In this document: positions 12,805 to 26,212 of the stretch, piece by piece
How positions within the stretch are numbered: the first letter of the stretch is position 1
Layout of the letters: each line of letters begins with the position of its first letter
Source of the DNA: Lama glama
Lineage: Eukaryota
DNA length: 64,000 bases
Assembly: GCA_028534125.1 (NCBI GenBank)
Contig: CM052816.1
Span: 92,196,001 to 92,260,000, forward strand
Reading direction: 5' to 3'
Program-made: the position numbers and the translations under genes
Notes under the pieces: generated by a model
Seen by the model: the letters and a program-made list of their open reading frames with translations, nothing else
Databases searched by the model: none
What the model was told of the DNA's origin: nothing

Positions 12805-13000
12805 TTATTCATTCACATATTCAGCAAATATTTACTGAGTGTCCTTATACATGCCAAGCCCAGCACTGAATGCTAGAAATACTATGAGAAAAGATAAGAT
12901 TCCTGCTCTTATGAGGCTTACGGTCAAGAAAGGAAGATAGATAATTAAACAAGCAGTTGGAAAAGGTATGATAAATGTTATGATAAAGAGAAGGGCACGG
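12805..13000 (-). mobile_element. L2 3' end
   Basis: 'ttattcattcacatattcagcaaatatttactgagtgtcc...atgccaagcccagcactg'. Confidence 0.75.
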
Positions 13001-13024
13001 CTGTGTGTGCATCATAACTAGTAC

Positions 13025-13180
13025 GGCTTGAGCATTTATTGTATCATGTGCTTTGCCACATCCAGTCAACACAACAGCCCCGTAACGTGAGTTCCGCTCT
13101 TATCAGCTCCATTTTTCTGATGAACATTCGGAGGCACAGAAAGTTTCAGCCATTTGTCCAACATCGTATAAACAGTTACC
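13025..13180 (-). mobile_element. MIR relic
   Basis: 'ctccatttttctgatgaacattcggaggcacagaaagtttcagccatttgtccaa'. Confidence 0.65.
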
Positions 13181-15289
13181 TTTTTGAATTCAGTATTTTG
13201 ATTTAGCTATTTCAGATTATATTCCCCAATTATTTATTTCAGGAACAAAACATGAACAGTTTCACAGCATCAATAATTATTCACATCCTACTGATGATGT
13301 GAAACTATTTTCTAATGTTTTTTTATTTTAACCCATAAAATATATAGAGAATGTATTACATATAATGTGTGCATATTTATATATACTTATATGTATGTAT
13401 GTTTTAACCCATGAATAAAGTTGCTACTGGCTTACCGGGTCACACAGTGCCCTAGGCATTTAGTAAATAGTGAATTTTGATGTCTATTAAATCTTGCTGA
13501 GAAAGGCATTTTCACAATATAAAATTACTTGCAAAATAATACTATCCAAATCTGAGTCTCAAAGCTATGATTCTGCATTCAGTGGTCAGCGCCTAGATGG
13601 ACCCAGCCAAAGCATAACCCTCCATCTCTCTGTGATCACTGGGCATCAGTATTAATCATCCCGCCCCAAACCCATCTTATTTCTTTGGTTGTAGAAAATT
13701 TCCTTTATTGCTTCTTCCTACTCTGAAGCCATTCATTTGCTCATCTCTAACCTGATGAATCGTAGCTTGGTCTGTGTTGTTGGGGAGTAATATTGTAAGT
13801 GTCAAAAAGCACCTCGTGTTTACGAGTCATATGCATTTATATTTTGCATTATGATTTAGCAGTAAACAGTGTCTAATCCTTTGGGGGAAAGGTAGACTAC
13901 AAATCAATCATCAATTAACTTTCCATTCCCAGCCAAAAAACTGATTTATGCACGTGGAAATAGAATACAATAGATTTGTTAAAATGGGACATTGACCAAG
14001 CTAGAAAATAGTTTGCTCTAAGTTATTTTGAGTATCAGTACTTTATTGTTTACTGTAAAACTCATCAATAGATCAGTTTCTAAAAAGTTTACTGTAAAAT
14101 GAGTTTTTAAAACTGGACTTTATTCTTAAGGCAATTTTTATTTAAAGTAAAATAACTGTTTTAAACTTACCTGTTTTGCAAATTCAAAATACACATAAAA
14201 GTTTGTTTCCTTATTTCAATGCACATCTAACAAGGCAACTTTAGTAAGCAAATTCAGTGTGCTTTATAGTTCCATCCACCCACCCGTCTGTCCATCCATC
14301 CTTTCACTTTCATTCTTACTTGTCAGTAACATTAGTACTTATGAGGCATGCTCAAGGCAAGGCACTATTCTCATTTTTCTGCCTCTAAGAGTTTCCAGTC
14401 TATTAAGGAGGTAAGAGAGACCTGAATACTCAGGGTACAAGGAATATTAGACTTTGTATAGGTTGCCTCCCAAGGTTGAGTAAGGAGTCATCCCACCCTC
14501 AAGTAAGAGCTGGAGCAAATTCTAAACACAGCATTGGAAGGATAACCAGTGTTTGAGGCCCTATCATTCATTCTTAGAGTGACTTCAGGCAGCCAACTTC
14601 CCCTCCCAGGGCTCTGGTTCTTTAGAAAACCCTCCATGTAAAAACAGGAACTGTCTCTTGTTGCCCCAGGAGCTCACAGCCAGTCCACATTGCCCTCATT
14701 CAACTGAGGAGTCAGAAACAAGAAAGTAAGGAGGACTGAGAAATTCAGGAGGAACTCAGCCGCACGCCTCTTTCTCCTTCAGAGAAGTAGGACTGAGCGA
14801 TTTGCAAGTGATAAGGAAAAACACAGAGTGGGGACTTCACCGGGATAACTCAGCAAAGATACAGGAATTAAGACCTAGGTTTTCTTGACTTTCAGATCGA
14901 CGGTCACATGAATTCAGAACAAAGTGGCTTCATCAGGTCTCATCTTGGTGCCTGAAGAAATCACCCCACATCTGCCGTAGCTAGAATTACACTTACCAGA
15001 ATTTATAAAAGTAAATACTTACAATGCATTACTGTCTCACTGCCTAGTTTCAATGAGTAGCAACTGTGTCTACACAGAACTTGAATTCAAAGCTCTCCCC
15101 TTATGTGGAAGTTCAGCAAATTCCTTACCCCTTTCCTAAAGCCATGAACTGCCTCTCACATCTGTATTCTGTGACTTAAGGATCTAAGACATCTAAATGC
15201 CTGATGGCTTCTAAGACATAGAAACATTATTTCTAGCTACAAATAAAATAATGTTAAGAATATTTTTTGGTATTCTATTTTTAAAAAAT

Positions 15290-15745
15290 ATATTTGTATT
15301 GAAGTATAGTCAGTTTACAATGTTGTGTCAATTTCTGGTGTATAGCATAATACTTCAGTCATATAGGAACATACATATATTCATTTTCATAATTCTTTTT
15401 AACCATAAGTTTCTACAAGACATTGAATAAAGCTCCCTGTGCTATACAGTATAAACTTGTTGCTTATCTAGTTTATATAGAGTAGTTAGTATCTGCAAAT
15501 CTCAAACTCCCAATTTATCCCTTCCCATTCCCTCCCCCGCTGGTAACCGTAAGTCTGCTTTCTATGTCTGTGAGTCTGTTTCTGTTTTGTAAAGAAGTTT
15601 GTTTGTCTTTTTGTTTAGATTCCACATATAAGTGATATCATATGGTATAAAATAATAAAATAATGCCATTTGCAGTAACATGGATGGACCTGGAGAATGT
15701 CATTCTAAGTGAAGTAAACCAGAAAGATGAAGAAATATGCCATAT
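15290..15745 (-). mobile_element. L1 3' end with 5' inversion
   Basis: Antisense L1 to 15648, then sense L1 15649-15745 (MPFAVTWMDLENVILSEV). Confidence 0.88.
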
Positions 15746-15829
15746 TGACAGTCTCTTAATCATCTCAATCCTCCTGAAATTATTCACCAATCTTGAAATT
15801 GGGGGCAATTTAAAAGATCAAGAATTTCA

Positions 15830-16590
15830 AAAAATCAGACTGTGTGGGTCTGCTTCTTTCCTCTGTAACTCCCTGGCTGCATCACTTGAGACAAGTTACT
15901 TTACCTTCCTCTGCTTCAATTTGCTCATCTGTAAAATGGGGATAATAGTAGGACTTGCCTATTGCTATGTAACAAATTACCCAAAACTCAGCAGAAATGT
16001 AGCTGAAAACAAATATTGATGATCTCACATAGTTTCTAAGGAACAGGAATCTTGGAGCAGCTTAGCTGGGTGGCTCCGGCTCAGAGTTCCTCATGAGGTT
16101 GCTGTCAAGCTGCCAACAGGGGCTGCAGTCACCTCCAAGGTCGGTGGGGAGTCTGCCTTCAGGGTCACTCATGTGGTTGTCAGCAGGCCTCACAGCTATG
16201 GCACATGGTCCTCTTTACAAGCCTGTCTATGCGTGTCCCCAGGGTGCGGCAGCTGGCTTCTCCCAGAATTAGTGAGGAGAGAGAGAAAAAGAGAAAAAAA
16301 CAACCGAGATGGAAGCCACAGCCTTTTTATGACCTAGTCTCCAAAGCCACCCACCATTACTTCAGCTTTACTCTACTCATTAGAACAAGTCTTTAAGTCC
16401 AAGCCACACTCAAGAGGTGGGAAATAAGACCTCGCCTCTTGAAGGGAGGCGTCTCAAAGAATGTGCGGATATATTTTTTAAAGTCTCACACTGCCTGACA
16501 GGGTGATGGTCAAGAGTAAATGACTCAATACATGCAAAACACTTAATACATGTAATGAGCGCTTAATAAATGCCAGTACTTATCACAAAT
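15830..16590 (+). mobile_element. MIR split by an MLT1 LTR
   Basis: MIR core 'ctcatctgtaaaatggggataatagta' ends at ~15950; MIR tail resumes at ~16490 'atacatgcaaaacacttaa...gcttaataaatg'. Confidence 0.7.
15952..16490 (-). mobile_element. MLT1F/G-like MaLR solo LTR
   Basis: 'tattgctatgtaacaaattacccaaaactcag...gagcagcttagctgggtggctccggctcagagttcctcatgaggttgctgtcaag'. Confidence 0.8.
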
Positions 16591-18821
16591 TTTATTATTC
16601 ATGGCAGGTTCACCATGTTCCAGGCACTGTGACAGAAGCAAAATAGGAATTATGACAACCTGACTCTGAAGCCAGCATCCAAACTAAGGATGGAACAACA
16701 CACAGGAGAGAAGAAAGAATATTGGGAAACAGAGACGGAAGTCTGGGTCACATCCACCCCACATCCCTCCCTTCTTCTTGCCTCGTTGCACAAGTCAGTT
16801 CAAGGTTTTTGTGTTGTTGATGTTTACATCCAAAGACATCCTCACTCATAAATCCTCAAACATCTGCTGTCATAGTATATTTAGTCACTGATCTAAACAA
16901 CTATGACTACGTGGTCACTTTTGGTTACGTAAATGGCCTTAGGAAAAGCTATTTAGTTCATCCAAATTTCAGAGCACCCAATTTTCAGGTATGCATTTCA
17001 AGTGTCTGACGATTCATTTCCTTCTTGGAGATTAAATAGAAATTACGAACGGTGGATTAGCATATGGTAATGTGTTCTTATCACTTTGTAATATTAGTTT
17101 CATCATTTAAAGGGTTAGACACTATTCATAAGAAAATATAATAGAGTTGCTCCTATTAAGTATTCTCCTTAAGCATATTTTCATTTCTTTAAGAGTATTT
17201 AGTTTGGAAAAGAAAAGGAACCACAGAATTTTTTCATAAATTAAGAAAGATTCCTATGTGGAGTTTCAGTTAATTATGGGAACTCACACACTGCTAGTTC
17301 CTAGCCATCTATCTCTGGGCAGACTCTTTAAATTTCTTATTGGAGTCAGGATATTTTCTTTGGTTTGACATTAGTGATAGCTAAAAATTAATTTTTCACC
17401 CACAGGAAATATTAGTCTCTCATTGGAGAGTCAATAATGTTATTTTACTCGGATAAATCATCAGTGAGGCAGCCAACTCTGAAACCCAAGATTCATAAAT
17501 CATTAAGTCATGAAGTTGAAGGCATTTTAGGATCTTTAAGTACTGTCCTTATATGGATAGGGAAACTGAATCCCAGAGAGGTGAAAAGAACTGCCCAGTC
17601 ACAGAAGTTGAAAGCAGACATGTCCAAACCCGGGTCTCCTTATTTTTCAAATACATTATTGCCAGAATAAGAAATTAATTCTGGTTGTTATTTTAAATAA
17701 ATAAAAGTATTAACTGAATTTTATTAACTATTTAATGATTAATCACTAACCAGAAAGAAGCATAAGCTGCTATGTTCTTTCTCTGTGTTTCTAATTTTTG
17801 ACCTCTCCATCGGACCGGGGCCATATTGGCTTACTCTATGTTTATAAACTTAGGGAGGATTTCTCACTTATTATGTTTCTAAGGGTTGCGAGTTAGTAGT
17901 TAGGGAAGTTCTATATTCTCCATTAAAGGTCTTTAGCTTACAAGTCAGCCATTTAATTAACCACCAGGTTTGCCTAAAAATGAGTTGCGTTTTACAACTT
18001 GGCCCTCCACACTGTGCCCCCTCTCCTCCAAAAGATGATCAGAGCTCCTCCTATGGTTGGCTGCCCCTCATACACTCATACACATCTGAAGACAACAGAG
18101 GATTTTGTAGACATACTTTTCACACTGTTGATCTGCCCGGGGAACACCATGAATAGCACTTACTAATCTTGTTGAAAGAATTTTGGCTTTGAATTTACAA
18201 TGTGCTCTTCAGGGAACATCAATTTTCACCTCTGTGTGTCCTTCTCAGCATTGCATCACAGTATCTTAAAAGTGGGAGGCGGGTTCTCTCACAAAGGGGA
18301 GCATATTTTTTTTTAATTTTACATAAGCTTATTGAGTTCCTGTCTGGAAGTTGTTGCCCAAATGTTTCACACTAGTCAGTTCTCATTTCTCAGTTAATCC
18401 TTCAGTCAACAGAGCCTCAATAACCATTTTTCCATTTTTCATATTTTAGTGTCTTAGACTATCTAGAGCAGAGTTCTTTATCTACCTTGGAGATAATTCT
18501 TGTAATTAAAGAATATTGCATTTCTATAAAGCCATAATCAAATAGTATTTATTCAAGCATGTGGTTACATCTCTGCCCAATGGCTATTTAAATGTCAAAT
18601 TGATCAAGACCTATTTTAGAATGTCATAGCAAAGTTAATAGGAAGCATGCAGTAGATATGTTCTTCAAGAAGGGGATGGATGAAAGGAAGTTCACAGGAA
18701 TCAAATATTGACTTGGAGAATATAATAAATAGGGTTATAGGTAAAATTTCTTTAAATGCCATCTAGTTGCAAAATCCATAGGTCTGAAAGCATTATTCAA
18801 GATTGAAGCTATACAATTATT

Positions 18822-19053
18822 GAAGGGGAAAGAGAGAGGAGGCATTAATTAGGAGTTTGGGATTTGCAGATACTAAGTACTATATATAAAATAAATAGCA
18901 AGGTCCTACTGTATAGCACAGGGAACTAATAGTCAATATCTTTTAATATCTTATAATGAAAAAGAATATGAAAAAGAATGTATATGTACAACTGAATCAT
19001 TACACTGTATACCAGAAATTAACACAACATAGTAAATCAACTATACCTCAATA
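18822..19053 (+). mobile_element. L1 3' end (outer of a tandem/nested pair)
   Basis: 'ggagtttgggatttgcagatac...ctgtatagcacagggaacta...aaatcaactatacctcaata'. Confidence 0.85.
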
Positions 19054-19345
19054 TAGGAACAGACTCACAGACATAGCAAATAATCTTATGGTTATCAGCG
19101 GAAAGGGGGATGGGAAGGAATAAATTGGGAGTTTGAGATTTGTAAATATTAACTACTTTATATAAAATAGAAAAACAACAAGTTTATACTGTATAGCACA
19201 GTGAACTATATTCAATATCTTGTAGTAACCTATAATGAAAATGAATATGTCTATATATGTGTATGACTGAAACATTATGCTGTACACCAGAAATTAACAT
19301 ATTATAACTGACTATACTTCAATTTTTTTAAAACATAAAAAAAAC
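19054..19345 (+). mobile_element. L1 3' end inserted in the tail of the preceding L1
   Basis: 'aacagactcacagacatag...actgactatacttcaat'; approximate repeat cctcaata / tttcaata on either side. Confidence 0.85.
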
Positions 19346-19701
19346 TTTCAATAAAAGTTTTAAATAATACTGAAGCTGTTATGTTGTTCCTTTCTTCAAG
19401 CATTATCTAAATCCAACCTAATTTGTGTTTGGGGTTGAATGAATGAAATTTGTTTATGTCATGTGGGAATTTAAGAGGCTAAAAGTTCAGGGAGACACAG
19501 GAAAGAGGCTCCAGTCTCCAGCCTACATGGTTCACTCAAATGCTGGTGGTCCCATGCCCCTCTATTAAGCATGGGCACGGGAACACTTCACCGAGATTTC
19601 TAAGGTTATGACTTTGCCATTCATGAAATCATCTTGCTTAACATCCAAATGCCAGCCAGCAAATGCTTCTCCTCTCTTGGAAGGCCTGGTCCCTACTATA
19701 C

Positions 19702-20775
19702 TTTTTTTTTCATCTTTGTTGAGATATAACTCCCATATTGTAAATCACCCATTGAAAGTGTTCAACAGTTTTTGTTGAAAAACCCATAGATATGTGCAAC
19801 ACATAGATATATGTAAACAGCACCACAGCCATTTTGGAACATTTTTATCACCCCAAAGAGAATCCCCATACCCAGTAGCTGTCTCTCCCCCAATCACAAT
19901 CTCCTTTCAGTTTCCATAGATTTGCCTATTCTGGACATTTTGCATAAATGGAATAATACAATATGTGTGGGTTTTTGGGACTGGCTTCTTTCATTTAGCA
20001 TACCATTTCCAAGGTTCATCCATGATGTGGCATATATCAGAAAGTTATCCCTTTTATGGCAGAATAATATTCCATTGTATAGACATACCACATTTTGTTT
20101 CTCCGTTCTTCAGTTGATAGTCATTTGGGTTGTTTCTACCTTTTAACTATTGAAATAATGCTGCTATGAACATCCATGTACAAGTTTTTGTATAGATACG
20201 GATTTTCATTTTTCTTAAGTATATATCTAGGAGTGGAATTGCTGGGTCAGATGGTAATTCTAAATCCAACAATCTGAGGAAGTGCCAGGCTGTTTTCCAA
20301 AGTGGATGCATCAATTTACATTCCTACCGTCAGTGTATGATGGATCTTATTTCTCCACATCCTCAGCAACACTCTTTATAGATGATCTGTCTTTTTTTTT
20401 CAACCATTCCAGTGCATGTGAAGTGGTTTCTCATTGTGCTTTGGGTTTGCGTTTCCTTTTTTTTTTTTTTCAGCTTTATTGAGGTGTAATTGGCAAATAA
20501 AATTGTTAAGATATTTAAACTATACATCATGATGATTTGATAAACATATGCATTGTGAGAGGATTCCTCCCATCCAGTTAATTAAAACATCCATCATCTC
20601 CCATATCTCTTTCTGATTTAATTTGGTGAGACAGGTTAAGTTCTGTTCTCTGAGAAAATTTCAATTATACAGTCGAGTATCAACTAGAGTCACCATGTTA
20701 TCCTTAGATTCTCAGAACTATTCATCTCATAGTTGCGTTTCCCTAATGACGAAGGCTGAGCATCTTGTCATGTAC
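19702..20775 (-). mobile_element. Older L1 (L1MB-like) 3' region
   Basis: 'ttgttgagatataactcccata...gatttgcctattctggacattt...ggagtggaattgctgggtca'; ORF 19894-20091(-) resembles the L1 ORF2 C-terminus. Confidence 0.85.
20457..20732 (-). mobile_element. L1 3' end nested in older L1, 10-bp TSD
   Basis: Poly-T start; perfect TSD ttgcgtttcc at 20447-20456 and 20733-20742. Confidence 0.88.
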
Positions 20776-21785
20776 CTGCAACTTTTAAAAAGAAACTTCC
20801 ACTGCCTTCTTTCTGAGGAAGCTCTTCCCAGCATCAGCTTCCCAACCCCCGAGTCCTCTCCCTTTTCCAGGCTCTGACACTTGTTAACCCTGGTGTACGA
20901 ATATTTGAACTCTTAGTTAGGTCTCAGCTTGTTGCCAAAAGGGGCATGGGGAAAGACCACCTCCGGGGCAAGGAGACCCAAAAGTAGTGGCCTGTGTGGA
21001 AGGGGCCTTCTGAGCAGACACTGAGGGGCTGATCTTCTCTGGTCAGAAGGAAATAGCATCATCCCTGCATGGGAGGGATGCAGTGGGAGGGCTCCCACGG
21101 GCTGGTCCCTCAAGATTCAGTGTCCCCATGGCCTGGACTCTTGCTAAAAAGAAGTCACAAGAACTCAGTGTCCACTTCACGCTGTGTTTAAGTTTGCACA
21201 CATGTAAAAAAATCTCCAGGTACTGAGACAAATAGGATCAGAAAATACTTGTGCAAACCTAACAATAAAAATAGACTCAAAATGAAGATTAAAACATACA
21301 TGGTGACAAAATGATTTGATTCAGACCTACACAGAAGATCCTGAGAGTCTGGGAGTGAGTGAAGACAGGAAAGCTGGATATTTGTTTTCTCTGCTGCTTT
21401 GTATTTGTAAAAAGAACTCTTTTCTAGAATGGGCTCACAAGGGGGTAAAACCCTTTATCCAGAATATAACAGTCACCTTGCTCAAAAGCCTTTTGTCTGT
21501 AGTCCACAGTTTCCTGGGGTGAACTCAGTAAGAGGGTTATATTAGTTTGCTCTGGCTTCTGTGCCAAGGACCACAGACTTAGTCAGACAGCTCCATTGAT
21601 AGAAATTCATTTTCTCATAGTTCATAAGGCTGTAAGTCCATGATGATAGAGGTGTCAGTAGGGTCAGTTTCTTCTGAGGCGTCTTTTCTTACATTGTAGA
21701 TGGCCATCATCCGCTGGTGAATTCACGTGGTTCCCCTCCTGGAAGTGTCTGTGTCCTAATCTCCTCTTCTTATTAGGACACCAGT

Positions 21786-22959
21786 TGCTATGGTCTGGAT
21801 ATGGTCCCCCAAATCCCTATGTTGAATCTTAGCCCTCAGTGTGATGCTATTTGAAGATGGGACCTTTGGGAGTTATTAGGTCATGGACGTGGGGCCCTGA
21901 TGAAGGAGATTAGTGTCTTTTAAGAGGATCCAGAGAGCTCCCTAGTCCCTTTCATCGCACAAGAACAAAGAAGGCCATCTATGAGCCAGGAAGAGCGCTC
22001 TCATCAGACCCCGAATCTGCCAACATCTTCATCTTGGACTAATCAACCTCCAAGACTGTGAGAAATAAATTCTAGTTGTTGTTAATTTTTTAATTGAGGT
22101 ATAGTCAGTTTACAATGTTGTGTCAATTTCTGGTGTACAGCACAATTCTTCGGTTATACATGAATATACATATATTCATTTTCATATTCTTTTTCACCAT
22201 GAGCTAATACAAGATATTGAACATACTTCCCTGTTCTATACAGTATAAATTTATCTATTTTACACATACCAGTCAATATCTGCATATCTCAAACTCCCAG
22301 TTTCTCCCTTCCCACCCTCCTCCTCCCTGGTAACTACAAGTCCATATTCTATGTCTGTGAGTTTGTTTCTGTGTTATATGTAAGTTCATTCGTTATCTTT
22401 TTTCTTTTTTTGGATTCCACATATGAGTGATATCATATTGTATTTTTCTTTCTCTGTCTGGCTTACTTCACTTAGAATGACATTCTCCAAGAGCATCCAT
22501 GTTGCTGCAAATGGCATTATGTTGTCATTTTATGTCTGAATAGTATCCCATTGTATAAATATACCACATCTTCTTTATCCTGTCATCTGTCCATGGACAT
22601 TTAGGTTGTTTCCATGTCTTGGCTATTGTAAATAGTGCTGCTATGAACATTGGGGTGCAGGTGTCTTTTTGCATTAGGGTTCCTTCTGGATATATGTCCA
22701 GGAGTAGGACTGCTGGGTCATATGGTGAGTCTGTTTTTAGTCTTTTGAAGAATCTTCATACTGTTTTCCACAGTGGCTGCACCAAACTGCATTCCCACCA
22801 GCAGTGTAGGAGGGTTCCCTTTTTCCACAGCCCCTCCAGCATTTGTCATTTGTAAACTTTTGAATGATGGCCATTCTGACTGGTGTGAGGTGATAATTCT
22901 AGTTGTTAAGTCACCAAGTCTGTGGTATTCTGTCAAAACCCCCTGAACAGACTAAGACA
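21786..22959 (+). mobile_element. MLT1A-like LTR, middle layer (parts 21786-22080 and 22908-22959)
   Basis: TG start 'tgctatggtctggatatg', end 'gaacagactaagaca'; flanks ccagt / ttagt. Confidence 0.8.
22081..22894 (-). mobile_element. L1 3' region, inner layer, 13-bp TSD
   Basis: Perfect TSD aattctagttgtt at 22068-22080 and 22895-22907. Confidence 0.92.
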
Positions 22960-24361
22960 TTAGTCACATTCTATTAGGGCCCACCCATATAACCTCTTTT
23001 TACCTAAATTATCTCTTTAAAGGCCCTATCTGCAAATACAGTCAAATTCTGAGGTACTGAGGGTTAGGATTTCAACATATGAATTTCAGAAGGACACAAT
23101 TCATCCCATAATGAGTTATACTATGAATTAATGAATATGCATAATATGTTGGTGTTATACAAAGTGTGTTAACATGTATTGTCTCATTCAATTCCACAAA
23201 AACTATGATTTTTCACATTACTATTTGTAGTTTTAAATGGAAAAAACATCAATAGGTGCTTGGAGGGACTGAGAAAGTTTTCCAGTTTTATTTAGTAAGC
23301 CAGATACTTGGTTTTTTAACACATTAAAACAGCCCAGTACTTAGAAAACCCATTGTTTATTTTAAAATTATAATTATAAATTTATTATAATTATAAAATT
23401 ATAGTTATAAAATTTAAAATAAATTTATGTTTTTATTACATAAGTCCCTGCCATTAGATATACTTCAGCAAAAATTGTAAGAAGCAGGTATTTATGGAAT
23501 GTGTCTTGATTTTGCAAGCAATAAGGAGCCATTTAAAGTTCAAGTTCAATATCAACCTGTAAGGAGAATCAGCTAAAGAAGAGAAATACTGGAGCAACAA
23601 TGATTTGAGTTTAAGATTAAGGTTCCTTGCATAATAGCATGTTCAGTGGGGTTAAATGAAGAACTTATTAAAAATTTTAATATTCTTATTTCTACTCTAT
23701 ACCCACTAAGCTAATAGTCTCTTATAAGCTCTTATCAAAATCCACTCCAGCCATGAATCTTTTCCCCCTTTAAAAGCTCTCATTTTTTGACAGTAGTGAA
23801 AATTCAGATGGTCACTTCTGAATTTCTCCCTCATGGGCTCCTTTATCTTTCTCCGCCTCTGTTAAAGGATTTGGAATCACTTAATAGTTTGATGTGCTTC
23901 TATTAGTACTGAGGCTATTTTTAGAAATTATACAAATTAAAGTACTCAAATGTCTATTCATTATTTCTCTCCGTTGGTTTTGGTTGCACTCTGTTTTCAC
24001 TGTTAAGCAGGACATAACATTCAAAAAAAAAAAAAGCTCTCATTCTTCAAAGTCATTACAAAAAAGCACCAGAGTTATGAAAAGTGAACACAGGACTCAA
24101 ATGTGGTTAACACTTTTTCTTTACCTTTGTCTATATGTTACAGAGCACAAAGTACTGTGAATATCATAAGGCCTAGAAATTATTGCTTTGAGATCTTGAA
24201 TTGCTTCTAGGAAGTATATGATTTCAATCTTCCAAGTCAATTTCCAGGCACCATTAAAGCTGACTTGCCCTAATGAAGTGTTAAAAACAAAACAAGTAGA
24301 CTGCTTACACAACTCTATGCCCACTTTCTTTTGTATTTCCCTTTAAAAATGATAATTTTGC

Positions 24362-26212
24362 CACACAAAAACTACTAGAAATAATCAAAGAACCCAGCAA
24401 GGTAGCAGGATACAAGATTAACGTTCAAAAGTCAGTTGCATTTCTTTACACTAATAATGAATCAACAGAAAAAGAAAGTCAAGAAACAATTCCCTTTAAA
24501 ATAGCACCCAAAGTAATAAAATACCTAGGAATAAATCTAACCAAGGAGGTGAAAAACCTATACATGGAAAACTATAAAACACTGATTAAGGAAATTAAAG
24601 AAGACTTAAAAAAATGGAAAGATATCCATGCTCCTGGATTGGAAGAACCAGTATTGTTAAAATGGTCATACTGCCCAAGGCAATCTACAGATTTAATGCA
24701 ATCCTTATCAAATTAACCAGGACTTATTTTACAGAACTAGAACAACTCATAATAAAATTTATACGGAACCACAAAAGACCTAGAATTGCCAAAACATTAC
24801 TGAAGAAAAAGAAAGAGGCTGGAAGAATAACTCTCCCAGAACTCAGACAATACTATAGAGCTACAGTAATCAAAACAGCATGGTATTGGTACAAAAACAG
24901 ACATATGGACCAATGGAACAGAATAGAGAGCCCAGAAATGAATACACAAGCTTTTGGTCAACTAATCTTTGACAAAGGAGGCAAGAATATACAGTGGAAT
25001 AAAGACAGTCTCTTCAACAAATGGTGTTGGGAAAACTGGACAGAAGCATGTAAATCAAGGAAGCTAGAACACTCCCTTACACCATACATGGAAATAAACT
25101 CAAAATGGATCAAAAACTTAAACATAAGACAAGATAAAATAAACGTCCTAAAAGAAAATATAGGCAAAACATTATCTCACATACATCTCAAAAATGTTCT
25201 CCTAGGGCAGTCTACCCAAGCAATAGAAATAAAAGCAAGAATAAACAAATGGGACCTAATGAAACTTACAAGCTTCTGCACAGCAAAGGAAACCATAAGT
25301 AAAAGAAAGTGACAACCTATGGAATGGGAGAAAATTTTTGCAAATGAAACTGACAAAGGCTTGATCTCCAGAATATATAAGCAGCTCATACGACATAATA
25401 AGAAAAAAATCAAACAACCCAATCCAAAAATGGGCAGAAGACCTAAACAAGCAATTCTGCAAGGAAGAAACACAACAATCAATGGGCACATGAAAAAATG
25501 CTCAATATCACTAATTATCAGAGAAATGCAAATCAGAACTACAATGAGGTATCACCTCACACCAATCAGAGTGGCCATCATTCAAAAGTCCACAAATGAA
25601 AAATGCTAGAGAGGCTGTGGAGAAAAGGGAACCCTCCTACACTGTTGGTGGGAGTTCAGTTTGATGCAGCCATTGTGGAAAACAGTATGGAGATTCCTCA
25701 AAAGACTAGGAATAGACTTACCATATGACCCAGGAATCCCACTCCTGGGCAAATATCCAGAAGGAACCCTACTTCAAAAAGACACCTGCACCCCAATGTT
25801 CATAGCAGCACTATTTACAATAGCCAAGACATGGAAACAGCCTAAATGTCCATTGACAGATGACTGGATAAAGAAGATGTGATATATTTATACAATGGAA
25901 TACTATTCAGCCATAAAAACTGACAACATAATGACATTTGCAGCAACATGAATGTCCCTGGAGAATGTCATTCTAAGTGAAGTAAGCCAGAAACAGAAAG
26001 AAAAATACCATATGAGATCGCTCATATGTGGAATTTAAAAAAAAAATAAATACAAAACAGAAACAGACTCATAGACATAGAGCACAAACTTGTGATTGCC
26101 AAGGGGGTGGGGGCTGGGAAGGAACAGACTGGGATTTCAAAATGTAGAATAGATAAACAAGATTATACTGTATAGCACAGGGAAATATATACAAGATATT
26201 GTGGTAGCTCAC
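24362..26212 (+). mobile_element. L1, 5'-truncated and lacking its terminal ~130 bp
   Basis: ORF2 3' half plus 3'UTR ending at 'gtggtagctcac'; the complete end is visible in the sister copy 26829-27029. Confidence 0.95.
24363..26038 (+). pseudogene. Disrupted L1 ORF2 (end of RT, downstream domains, Cys-rich C-terminus)
   Basis: KVAGYKINVQKS...KYLGINLTKEVK; ORFs 24614-25312 ([29 protein letters not shown]), 25319-25609 and 25661-25882; frameshifts and stops. Confidence 0.95.

Larger units (their letters stand above)
21538..23112 (-). mobile_element. MLT1B-like LTR, outer layer of a triple nest (parts 21538-21785 and 22965-23112)
   Basis: 'ctaatctcctcttcttattaggacaccagt' resumes as 'cacattctattagggcccaccc...aaatacagtcaaattctgaggtactgagggttagga'. 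Confidence 0.8.

Noticed and set aside
14160..14175. Consensus minus-strand splice donor (cag|gtaagt)
   Set aside because: No exon-like segment or acceptor upstream on that strand.
24614..25312. 232-aa ORF as a functional gene
   Set aside because: It is a fragment of a 5'-truncated L1 ORF2 bounded by a frameshift and a premature stop.
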